A DNA stretch of 32,000 nt, taken from contig CP104013.1 in the NCBI GenBank assembly GCA_025839675.1, positions 4,020,001 through 4,052,000 on the forward strand. Reading direction: 5' to 3'. The stretch comes from Candidatus Lokiarchaeum ossiferum. GTDB lineage: Archaea; Asgardarchaeota; Lokiarchaeia; Sigyniarchaeales; Promethearchaeaceae. Position 1 is the first letter of the stretch, and every line of letters starts with the position of its first letter. Under the pieces are notes generated by a model, which ran no database searches, was not told the DNA's origin, and saw nothing but the letters and a program-made list of their open reading frames with translations. Positions 16,611-25,128 of the stretch are shown one piece after another. The translations under genes were made by a program, and so were the position numbers.

Positions 16611-17780
16611 TCACAATGAAAAGAGAAATATACTCAGCCATGTAAGGCTGCCTGGCATCAAGCTATTTAACAAATTGTCTGACACATTGCGACTATATAA
16701 ATCGATGAAGGCAAATGCTATTGAATTAACCAAGGCAAGTCCAAAAATTATGAGAAGGGAAAAGGAAGAAACTGGATATAGAACGAAAATCAACCAAATG
16801 CCTAGAAATGTGGATACAATCCCCGCAATCAACCCTTCATATGTCTTTTTACTATCGATACCTATTTTATCCAAATGATGGGTCCCAAAATTTTTTCCAA
16901 TTATAGAAGCAAAAGCATCCGCGATACAGCTGACCCACGCCGCAGAGAGTAAAACTTGAAATGGTACTATGGGATGAATCCAAGTAAGATTAGCGAGTAA
17001 TATTGGTGTGGCCGCATTTAATGTCCAACTCTCGCGAGTTGGTTCGAGGGATTTTTCATACCATTTCCATCCCCACTTTGGAAGAAACTCCCAATGATCC
17101 ATCCGTAGCAGATCTCCGATGACCATCATAATCCAAAAAAGGCCTGCTACTATGAAATAAATGAAGTTTCTAAATCCTATGGCAGAAATTCCGAGGGAAA
17201 TTATTTCACTTTCAAAATGTTGTGTTATTTCGTGAGTCAGCAACAATCCCGCAAATTGAAAGAAATGCAAAATCTTGCGGCTAAAATCTTTCACTCGATC
17301 TGCTTTAACGGCATGTTCTTGTTGATCATATTTTTGTCGTAAATTGGTCAGAAAACTTTCATAGGAAATTTCTTGGCGAAAAGAAGGATTAAGCCATTTT
17401 CTAATAACATTTGGAAAAACATTCAAACCTAAAAAAAAGATGATCAATGAGAGGTAAATACCGAAAAGAATGCGGGGAAAAAGCGAATTTTGGGAAAAGA
17501 GAGTCAAAATATAAAAGCCCATTAATAGAAATAACATCCCTTGAATGAGTTCTGAATATCGAACGGTCTTTTTAGGTGGAAAATTCCATCGTTGAATTGT
17601 ATGAATGAAGAGCAATATTCCAATGACCCAGAAAAAAAACGCATTGATCCAATCTACCAGAGTTATCATATATTTGAACCTATATGCCAACTCTAAGTTG
17701 CTTCCGATAATAACCTTATCTTTTAATCGAAAAGATATATGATGAAATTTTTCGCAATAATATTTATTTCCCAAAAACAT
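16611..17780 (-). CDS. Polytopic membrane protein with a C-terminal CTP-transferase-1 family domain (dolichol/polyprenol kinase or CdsA-like)
   Basis: There are multiple hydrophobic helices. The C-terminal motif CIADAFASIIGKNFGTHHL....SKKTYEGLIAG matches the D-x-x-A-x-x-x-G-K...K-[ST]-x-EG signature of the phosphatidate cytidylyltransferase/dolichol kinase family. The start may be internal (M38). Confidence 0.6.
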   Translation of the reverse strand: MFLGNKYYCEKFHHISFRLKDKVIIGSNLELAYRFKYMITLVDWINAFFFWVIGILLFIHTIQRWNFPPKKTVRYSELIQGMLFLLMGFYILTLFSQNSLFPRILFGIYLSLIIFFLGLNVFPNVIRKWLNPSFRQEISYESFLTNLRQKYDQQEHAVKADRVKDFSRKILHFFQFAGLLLTHEITQHFESEIISLGISAIGFRNFIYFIVAGLFWIMMVIGDLLRMDHWEFLPKWGWKWYEKSLEPTRESWTLNAATPILLANLTWIHPIVPFQVLLSAAWVSCIADAFASIIGKNFGTHHLDKIGIDSKKTYEGLIAGIVSTFLGIWLIFVLYPVSSFSLLIIFGLALVNSIAFAFIDLYSRNVSDNLLNSLMPGSLTWLSIFLFSL

Positions 17781-17787
17781 TTTTTGG
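17771..17787. promoter_or_regulatory. Perfect 7-bp inverted repeat CCAAAAA-CAT-TTTTTGG in the divergent TetR / membrane-protein intergenic region (candidate operator)
   Basis: The palindrome was read directly. It is centred on the annotated start codon of the minus-strand gene, 52 nt upstream of the TetR start. Because it is built from homopolymer runs, chance occurrence in AT-rich DNA is plausible. Confidence 0.25.
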
Positions 17788-17838
17788 TAAGAAAAGATAA
17801 CTACTCATGAGAATCAAATTTTATGGGATTAGATATTA

Positions 17839-18558
17839 ATGACGCAACCAAATACTTCTGACAAAAAAATCATAGATCGAAAGGAACGCGATCGAATTCG
17901 GAGACGTAAAGATATTCTTGATGCCGTAGAACGTTTATGTGATGCAGATGGATACGTCAATTTTGAAAAGTTAAATTTGGATAATATTGCTAAAGAGGCA
18001 GGGTTAAGTAAACCTACTCTTTATCGTTATTTTGAGTCTAAAGATGATCTATTCCTTGCTTTTGCGGCCCATAGTTATCGAAAATTTTCGGCTTTGATTT
18101 TGGAGAGTGTTCAGAAGGATGGCTCCTTTTCTGAAAAGATTAAAGGATTGGGGATGGCTTATTACCATTTTTCATCCCAGAATCCAAAATATAATGAGAT
18201 ATTGGATATGTTGGGTGAAAAAGGAGAATATGTTCGAATTATTAATAAAACCAAAATAAATTCTTTAACATTTAGTGAAGAAGAATATCGCACCGAATGG
18301 GAACGAAATCGTAAGATCGTAATGGATATTGTGGAAGAAGAGTTTTTTAAATCCTCAAATGCAAAAGAAATAGCATCTAACAATCAAATAACTAATCTAT
18401 TATCGATTATGTTCCCGGTGATGTTAAGTGGGACTATTTACGAATTTAAACACCGAAATAAGGTTCTTAAAACAAAGGGTGTGGAAGAAGAAGCTATTTT
18501 AGAAGAAATGCTTGATTTAATTTGTCGGGGATTATTGGAAAAATATAATGTGCAATGA
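17839..18558 (+). CDS. TetR/AcrR family transcriptional regulator
   Basis: The N-terminal HTH is NLDNIAKEAGLSKPTLYRYFESKDDLFLAF. The C-terminal ligand-binding region is all-helical. Confidence 0.85.
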   Translation: MTQPNTSDKKIIDRKERDRIRRRKDILDAVERLCDADGYVNFEKLNLDNIAKEAGLSKPTLYRYFESKDDLFLAFAAHSYRKFSALILESVQKDGSFSEKIKGLGMAYYHFSSQNPKYNEILDMLGEKGEYVRIINKTKINSLTFSEEEYRTEWERNRKIVMDIVEEEFFKSSNAKEIASNNQITNLLSIMFPVMLSGTIYEFKHRNKVLKTKGVEEEAILEEMLDLICRGLLEKYNVQ

Positions 18559-19144
18559 AATGAGTTCCAAAATCTTTTTTTTACGTCATGCCTCCACAAT
18601 GGTGGATTTAACCATACCGTCCCACACTTGGGAATTGTCCCCTCAGGGAATTCAAATGAGCCAGGAAATTGCCTTTTTCCCACACTTTTCTACTGTTAAG
18701 CACATTTATTGCTCAATGGAAAAGAAAACATATTTAACTATATCTCCTTTTGCTGAACAACATAAACTTCTGCTAGATTGTCACGCGGGTCTTGATGAAG
18801 TTCATTTTAAGGGATTACCTCTATCAGACCCCGAACAATTTAAGGATTTAAAATTCCAATGTTTTCAAAATTTAGATCTATCCATATCCGGGTCAGAAAC
18901 TTTTCGACGGGGCTTAAATCGTTTCAAAAAGACTCTTAGTGAAATTCAGCAACGTCATTTATCGGAAGATATATTGATTGTATCTCATGGGACCATTTTA
19001 TCCCTTTTTTTTGCTGATCTTCTTGGTATATTGAATGATGGCAATGCAATGTTTAATCGATGGTGTAATCTCTCCTTCTGTGCATGGGGGGCAGTTGAAT
19101 CGGGATCAATCCTTCATGATCTCTCTCGTTTAAGAATTAATTAA
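18548..19144 (+). CDS. Histidine phosphatase superfamily protein (phosphoglycerate mutase-like branch)
   Basis: IFFLRHAST is an RHG-type catalytic His motif, and ILIVSHGTIL supplies the second His. The ORF overlaps the TetR stop by 11 nt. An alternative ATG at 18560 lies 2 nt after that stop. Confidence 0.7.
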   Translation: MCNEMSSKIFFLRHASTMVDLTIPSHTWELSPQGIQMSQEIAFFPHFSTVKHIYCSMEKKTYLTISPFAEQHKLLLDCHAGLDEVHFKGLPLSDPEQFKDLKFQCFQNLDLSISGSETFRRGLNRFKKTLSEIQQRHLSEDILIVSHGTILSLFFADLLGILNDGNAMFNRWCNLSFCAWGAVESGSILHDLSRLRIN

Positions 19145-19169
19145 AAAAGGGAAAATAAGATGCTTCTTT

Positions 19170-20852
19170 TCATGCTGTAATGGTATATTCTAAGACTCTT
19201 TCACCTTCCACTGTGCCATCATCTTGTAATACATATAGTTCTAACCCCGTTGCTGAGATATCACAACGTAGAATGGCTTGATCTTCTAGCTCATAGCCCC
19301 CAGTCACAATCATTGGGAAATTATAGGGATTAAATTCAGAAGATGAAGCATACTTGACATTTTCATGGTGGTGACCTGATATAGTCATATCTGTTCCAGT
19401 TGAATTTAATAAATCGCACCAAACCTGTTGGTAATCCAAAAATGATCCTGCGTCAGATTCCGTAAGATATTCATTAAGCGGAGCATGAACTAAAACGATT
19501 CTATATGTTGCATTAATATAGGCATCAGAAACAACTTCCTTCTCTAACCACGCAGTCTGAGCTTCTCGATAGGTTGAAAAATCATTCAAACCGGAATATT
19601 CTTCATGGGAATCGTCTTTATCTTCACCCGAATCTAATATTGTAAAGTGAACGGGACCAAGATTAAAAGAGTAGTAATAATTTCCTGTAGGTGTATCGAT
19701 GTAATCCAAAAAATCTCGGGAAAGTTCTCCCCGAGTTTCATGGTTTCCTCGGACAAAGACAAAAGGTATTTCAGAAGCAAATTCATCAGTTAGGGGAGTG
19801 ATCATCTGGTCAGCAATTTGTTGGGGGCTATCCACATGGTTTAATATATCCCCATCTAGAAAGACAATATCGTAAGGTGACTTTCCTCCCAGCTCTAATA
19901 AGGGGGAAAAAAGGTGTGATTGTTCATGAATATCCGAAAACAATAAGAATGATAGTTCTTCTGGATTTGTTTGGGGTACAGTAAACTGATATAAGTCACT
20001 TTCTACGATTTTCCCAAATATAGCATTAATTGGGAAAATTCGTTTGATCTCTTGAGAAAAAACTTTATAATAATAGGTGGATCCCGCAGTTAAATTTTCA
20101 AGAGTTACTGTTCCTATTTGGGAGACATCTTTTAATCCATCCTTCATGCTGTATACTTTATGTTCCAATGTATCGTCTAAACCATATTGCACCCAGTTGG
20201 AAGAGTCACGATTAGTCAACCACATGATCGAAAATGAATTTTCACCAAGATATTGGAGATAAGGTTCCGTATTCATGGTTGATTTCCCCATGGATGGATT
20301 GTTAATAAAAGAAACCGATGCAATTATTAACATTCCAAGGAGTAAATTCGTCCCGATAGCTTGTGCTTTTATTTTAAGTGGTCGTTTCCATAAGGAAGCC
20401 AATTTTGGTTGAATTAAAATAAATAGGGTTAAAGATATTCCGAAAAAGATCCAAGGTAAAATCGAAAGAAATCCATACTTTATGAGCACTTTTTCATTGC
20501 CCATCTCAGATAGTAGTACTACAGTTAGGGCAACACAGAAAATATTGAAGAAAACGATTCTAATATAGTCTCCTAACTTCGGTTTATGTTGTTCTTCAAC
20601 AATCAATGTTGAAAAATGATACACATATCGATAAATTTCAATGCCAATAACTCCAATTATAAGGATCGCTATAATTAAAATCCAATTTATATTAAGGTCT
20701 GTCATATCGTTGATAAATCGATTTACATCAAACCAAATTGGTTGAATGATGAGTAAGAGGAGAAAAAAACTGATAAATAATACAATGCTAAATGCGAAAA
20801 GAAGTTTTTTTCCAAAATTTGGAGGAAATAATCTTGATTTTTCTGTTTCCAT
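19170..20852 (-). CDS. Membrane-anchored calcineurin-like metallophosphoesterase with a purple-acid-phosphatase-type N-terminal beta domain
   Basis: The N-terminal ~190 aa contain about 5 hydrophobic helices. An FN3-like segment follows: YLQYLGENSFSIMWLTNRDS...LTAGSTYYYKV. The phosphoesterase motifs are LLFSDIHE, DGDILNH, VRGNHE, VLVHAP and SGHHHEN. Confidence 0.8.
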   Translation of the reverse strand: METEKSRLFPPNFGKKLLFAFSIVLFISFFLLLLIIQPIWFDVNRFINDMTDLNINWILIIAILIIGVIGIEIYRYVYHFSTLIVEEQHKPKLGDYIRIVFFNIFCVALTVVLLSEMGNEKVLIKYGFLSILPWIFFGISLTLFILIQPKLASLWKRPLKIKAQAIGTNLLLGMLIIASVSFINNPSMGKSTMNTEPYLQYLGENSFSIMWLTNRDSSNWVQYGLDDTLEHKVYSMKDGLKDVSQIGTVTLENLTAGSTYYYKVFSQEIKRIFPINAIFGKIVESDLYQFTVPQTNPEELSFLLFSDIHEQSHLFSPLLELGGKSPYDIVFLDGDILNHVDSPQQIADQMITPLTDEFASEIPFVFVRGNHETRGELSRDFLDYIDTPTGNYYYSFNLGPVHFTILDSGEDKDDSHEEYSGLNDFSTYREAQTAWLEKEVVSDAYINATYRIVLVHAPLNEYLTESDAGSFLDYQQVWCDLLNSTGTDMTISGHHHENVKYASSSEFNPYNFPMIVTGGYELEDQAILRCDISATGLELYVLQDDGTVEGERVLEYTITA

Positions 20853-20997
20853 AAAAGCTCTTGGATGAAGAAGTTAATATAACTTTCTTTCAATTCAAAT
20901 CAAGGAAAAAAGAGAACAAATTTGTGCAAATTCAATCGTGCTCTGAAAAATTTCAATATCATCGATAATTTTTTGATCAGTTCCGCGGGAAAATGCT

Positions 20998-21813
20998 CTA
21001 ATTGCTTTCTAAGAATGTGTTAACTGCTTGAATAAATTCTGGATAATTATCCCTACGTACATTGTGTCCTGCATTTTTGATGTATTCAATAGAACAATTT
21101 TTAAATTTGGGCTGGATTTTGCGCGCACTTTTAATTCGTAGCATTCCTTTCTCTGGTATGATTAGAAGGCTTGGACAATTTATCTTTGGGAAAACCTCAA
21201 CCCATTGAGAAGGAAAAGTGGTTAAGTTCATCATTGAAAGAGATTTTTCTGTTGCAAATGCTTTTTGGGCATGAGCCCATTGAATAATTTCAGTTTCATG
21301 CCAATGAGAGTTTCTTTTCCGACACCAATCTTCAATTTGCGTTTCATTTTTCTTCATATTCATTTTTACCATTGATTTAAACAGGAATCCAATAAATTTT
21401 GATATGAAGCGGGAAGATTTACTTAAGAGATAGGCTGGATCCTCTAAAATGATTTTGGAAATTAAATTTGGATGGTTTGCTCCGAGTAGTGTTGCAATTT
21501 GGCCTCCCATCGAATGACCCATTATAATGGGATTCAGAATTCTCAATTTTAGAATAAGATGGGCTATATCCTCTGCCATAGTTGGAACGTCAAATCCGGA
21601 TTCAGTCATTGTGCTTTTTCCATGCCCTCGAGCATCAGGCATGATTATATCATAATCCGATTCTAAAGTCTCGGCAATTCGAGTCCAAGTAAGTCCATAA
21701 TCTGTAAATCCATGCAATAAGATTAGAATCGGCTTATTTCCTCCCGTTCGAGTATAGTGGAGGTTAATGCCATTAATTTCAAGATCAAACTGTTGCCATT
21801 GTTCGATGGTCAT
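20998..21813 (-). CDS. Alpha/beta-fold hydrolase
   Basis: ILLHGFTD forms the oxyanion region, GHSMGG is the nucleophile elbow, and there is a C-terminal GHNV His. A lid insertion lies between them. Confidence 0.8.
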   Translation of the reverse strand: MTIEQWQQFDLEINGINLHYTRTGGNKPILILLHGFTDYGLTWTRIAETLESDYDIIMPDARGHGKSTMTESGFDVPTMAEDIAHLILKLRILNPIIMGHSMGGQIATLLGANHPNLISKIILEDPAYLLSKSSRFISKFIGFLFKSMVKMNMKKNETQIEDWCRKRNSHWHETEIIQWAHAQKAFATEKSLSMMNLTTFPSQWVEVFPKINCPSLLIIPEKGMLRIKSARKIQPKFKNCSIEYIKNAGHNVRRDNYPEFIQAVNTFLESN

Positions 21814-22011
21814 TGATTACTCTTATTTTTTATCCCAATTAAAATATTTTTCAATATCAACTAAGAAAGAAATCTGATTGATTTTTTCACTGCGAAAATA
21901 TTTATCTAAATTCCTCAACAGAAGTTATTTAGCATCTATTCGTTTATGTGAACTTGAGATGAAAACTGGCGGGAAATGCTAATTTTCTTCTTAAAAAAAA
22001 GGTGATCTTTA

Positions 22012-24564
22012 ATGACCGACCCCTCTCCAGAAGCAACACAAATCACAAATCTCCAACAAGAACTTGCGCTTTATAAATCAAAATATTATACTTTGTTAAA
22101 TAACGTTCGTGAATCAGTAGCAATATATAAGCCAATCAAAGATGGGTCCGATTTTCAAATCATTAATTTAAATCCTTCAGCTTGTCAAACTGAACACGTT
22201 TCTTTTGAGGATGTGAAGGGAGGAAGTCTTATAGAGACGTTTCCAGGAGTTGAACAATTTGGATTACTGGAAATTTTAAAAAATGTTTGGAAATCAGGTA
22301 ACGCGCAAAAATTTCCTCTCAGAATGTATCAAGATGAACGTATCCAAGGTTGGCGTGATAATTTTATTTTTAAAATGCCTGGTAATGAAATTGTTGCAGT
22401 TTACGAAGATAAAACTGCTGAAAAACAACTGATTCAAGATTTAGAAATTACTAAAGCTCTATTAAATCAGACACTTCAGCAAAGTCCAGATGGGCTGATC
22501 ATTGCAGATGCAAATTCAAAAAAAATTTTATTCATAAATCAAATTGCAGTATCATTATTAGGAATAGAATCAAAAAGTGTGGTAAATCTGAATCAGATAG
22601 ATGGATTTTGGGATATATTTGATAAAAATCGAAATCCTGTAGCTGTAAATGAATATCCTCTCATTAAAGCGATTAATGGACAATTTACTAAACCTGAAAC
22701 TCTTCTTATTAAACGATCGAGTGATAGTAAAGAATTTTGGTGTGAAGCTAAAGGTTACCCCATTTTTAATGAAAAGGGCAAAATATTTGCTGGGTGCTTT
22801 TTGTTTAGCGATATTACGGAAAAAATTAATTTCCGACAGAAAGTAAAAATGCTGGCTAAATTTCCCGAAGAAAATCCATTCCCTGTAATGCGAATTTCCA
22901 TGGATGGTAAAGTTCTATTTCATAATAAAGCAAGTTCTCCTCTTTTAAAAAAATGGAATTTTGATGGAGAATTCCTAAATTCAGAGGAAGTAATAAATCC
23001 TCTTGATGCAATGAAAATGGAATCAAAAATTGTCCAGCTAAATGTAGATGTTAAAGCCCTCACATTTTTTGTCATATTTATCCCCATTCCCGATTCAAAC
23101 ATGATAAACATTTATGCCTATGATATTTCTGAAATTAAGATGCTCTCAAAGTTTCCAGAGCAAAATCCAAATCCCGTTATTCGTTTAGATCGTAATGGTT
23201 TTGTCAAATACCATAATAAAGCAAGCCTACCTCTATTGCAATTCTGGGGTTTTAGAAATCACAATATTTATGCAGCTGAAATATTGCAGGAATTAACTAA
23301 AGTTCACAATACCTCCAAAATTGGGAAAGTGGAAACACAAATTGGAGAAAAATTTTATTCTATTTTTTTAAAATCCATAGAGAATACCGATCTAATCAAT
23401 CTATATGCCCTTGATATTACTGAAAAAGTTAAAACTACGCAAAATTTTATCAAATCCCAAGAAAGATACTATAATTTATTTTATAACATGTTAGATGGGT
23501 ATGCGTACCATGCCATTATTCTAAATGAACATGGCTCTCCAATAGATTATGAGTTTATTGATATCAATCCCGCTTTCACAGAAATGACTGGGATTACGCG
23601 AGAAATGGCTATTGGAAAAAAAGTGACCCAGATAGTACCCAATATTAAAGATGATACTGTAGATTGGATTGGAACATATGGAAAGGTTGCATTAAGTGGA
23701 AAATCTATTACATTCGAGAATTTTTCTCAAGGGTTAAACAAACATTTTGCCGTATCAAGTTATTGTCCAGAAAGAGGGTATTTTGTTACCGTATTTCGAG
23801 ATATCACTGAACAAAAAAGGTTGAGTAAAGAAATTGAAGACTTAAATCAAGATTTAGAAGTACGCATTCAGCAAAGAACTCTGAAGCTAGAAGCAGTTAA
23901 TCGAGAATTGGAAACTTTTTCATATTCTGTATCCCATGATTTAAGAGCTCCTTTGCGTGGGATAGATGGGTTTAGTCAGGCTATTTTAGAAGATTATAAC
24001 AATGTTTTAGATGAAACTGGCCAAGATTATCTTCGAAGGATTCGATCTGGAGTTCAGCGGATGGGTGATTTAATCAATGATATGTTGCAACTTTCTCGCT
24101 TGACTCGGATGGAACTCCATAAAGCATCTGTAAATCTTAGCTCTATTGCACAGGATATTATCGATGATCTTTTTACAGCAGATCCAGAACGACAAATAAA
24201 AATAAAAATTCAAAAAGATCTAATTCATTTTTGCGATTATCAATTAATTCGTTCTGTTTTGCAAAATTTACTCGAAAATGCTTGGAAATTTACTCAGAAT
24301 ACTCTGAATCCACAAATTGAATTTGGAAAAATGTTATTAGATGAGCAGATAACATTTTTTGTGCGAGATAATGGTGCAGGTTTTGATATGAATTACTATA
24401 ACAAACTTTTTGGGACATTTCAACGTTTACATTCAGTAAATGAATTTGAAGGAACAGGAATTGGATTGGCCACTGTTCAGCGCATTATTCATAAACATGG
24501 GGGATCAATAAGGGCCGAAGGCAAAGTTAATGAAGGAGCTACTTTCTATTTTACTTTAAATTGA
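22012..24564 (+). CDS. Cytoplasmic multi-PAS sensor histidine kinase
   Basis: AGGTGA (22000-22005) sits 6 nt upstream of the ATG. Several PAS-like modules are present, including two tandem ~96-aa 'FPE.NP.PV' modules (22846-23136 and 23137-23430). The kinase boxes are H-box SVSHDLRAPLRGI, N-box LLENAWKF, G1 VRDNGAGF and G2 GTGIGLA. Confidence 0.9.
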   Translation: MTDPSPEATQITNLQQELALYKSKYYTLLNNVRESVAIYKPIKDGSDFQIINLNPSACQTEHVSFEDVKGGSLIETFPGVEQFGLLEILKNVWKSGNAQKFPLRMYQDERIQGWRDNFIFKMPGNEIVAVYEDKTAEKQLIQDLEITKALLNQTLQQSPDGLIIADANSKKILFINQIAVSLLGIESKSVVNLNQIDGFWDIFDKNRNPVAVNEYPLIKAINGQFTKPETLLIKRSSDSKEFWCEAKGYPIFNEKGKIFAGCFLFSDITEKINFRQKVKMLAKFPEENPFPVMRISMDGKVLFHNKASSPLLKKWNFDGEFLNSEEVINPLDAMKMESKIVQLNVDVKALTFFVIFIPIPDSNMINIYAYDISEIKMLSKFPEQNPNPVIRLDRNGFVKYHNKASLPLLQFWGFRNHNIYAAEILQELTKVHNTSKIGKVETQIGEKFYSIFLKSIENTDLINLYALDITEKVKTTQNFIKSQERYYNLFYNMLDGYAYHAIILNEHGSPIDYEFIDINPAFTEMTGITREMAIGKKVTQIVPNIKDDTVDWIGTYGKVALSGKSITFENFSQGLNKHFAVSSYCPERGYFVTVFRDITEQKRLSKEIEDLNQDLEVRIQQRTLKLEAVNRELETFSYSVSHDLRAPLRGIDGFSQAILEDYNNVLDETGQDYLRRIRSGVQRMGDLINDMLQLSRLTRMELHKASVNLSSIAQDIIDDLFTADPERQIKIKIQKDLIHFCDYQLIRSVLQNLLENAWKFTQNTLNPQIEFGKMLLDEQITFFVRDNGAGFDMNYYNKLFGTFQRLHSVNEFEGTGIGLATVQRIIHKHGGSIRAEGKVNEGATFYFTLN

Positions 24565-24654
24565 AGATCGAAAAATAAAATGCTTCAATTAAATTTTTTA
24601 TTTAGCAAAAAGCTTTAAGAAACTCAATAGATAACGATATGTAGTGAAGAATTG

Positions 24655-25092
24655 ATGTCATCAAAAATAATTTTGCTGGTTGAAGATAATCCAGATGATA
24701 TTCTATTAACCAAACGAGCCTTGAGCAAAAACAGTATTTTAAATGAAGTGGTTGTTGCTAATGATGGGGTTCAAGCTTTAGATTATCTTTTTGGGCGAGG
24801 GAAATGGGAAGGGCGGGATACATCATTGAAACCAGAGGTGGTTCTTTTAGATCTTAAAATGCCTAAAATGGGTGGTTTAGAGGTTTTAAAAGAAATCCGA
24901 GAAAATAAATTGACGAAAAGGCTTCCGGTGATCATTCTTACAACCTCCAAAGAAGAATCTGATGTTGCAAAGGGTTATGATCTCGGTGCAAATAGTTATA
25001 TTTGTAAACCCGTTGATTTTAATCAATTTCATGAGGCAATCAAACAACTTGGGTTATATTGGTTGGTCTTAAATCAAAGTCCTAACATATAA
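24655..25092 (+). CDS. Single-domain response regulator (receiver only), probable partner of the upstream kinase
   Basis: Receiver signature residues are ILLVEDNPDD, VLLDLKMPKMGG, ILTTS and YICKPVD. I prefer the ATG at 24655 over the adjacent TTG at 24652. It lies 87 nt downstream of the kinase. Confidence 0.85.
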   Translation: MSSKIILLVEDNPDDILLTKRALSKNSILNEVVVANDGVQALDYLFGRGKWEGRDTSLKPEVVLLDLKMPKMGGLEVLKEIRENKLTKRLPVIILTTSKEESDVAKGYDLGANSYICKPVDFNQFHEAIKQLGLYWLVLNQSPNI

Positions 25093-25128
25093 TCTTTCTT
25101 TTCAACTTTTTTCCTAATTTTATTAACT

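Noticed and set aside
24565-24651. Kinase (22012) and receiver (24652) are in the same reading frame, which could suggest a hybrid kinase split by a single stop or by a recoded codon.
   Set aside because: The 87-nt spacer contains several in-frame stop codons (TGA, TAA, TAA, TAG). These are therefore two genuine separate genes.
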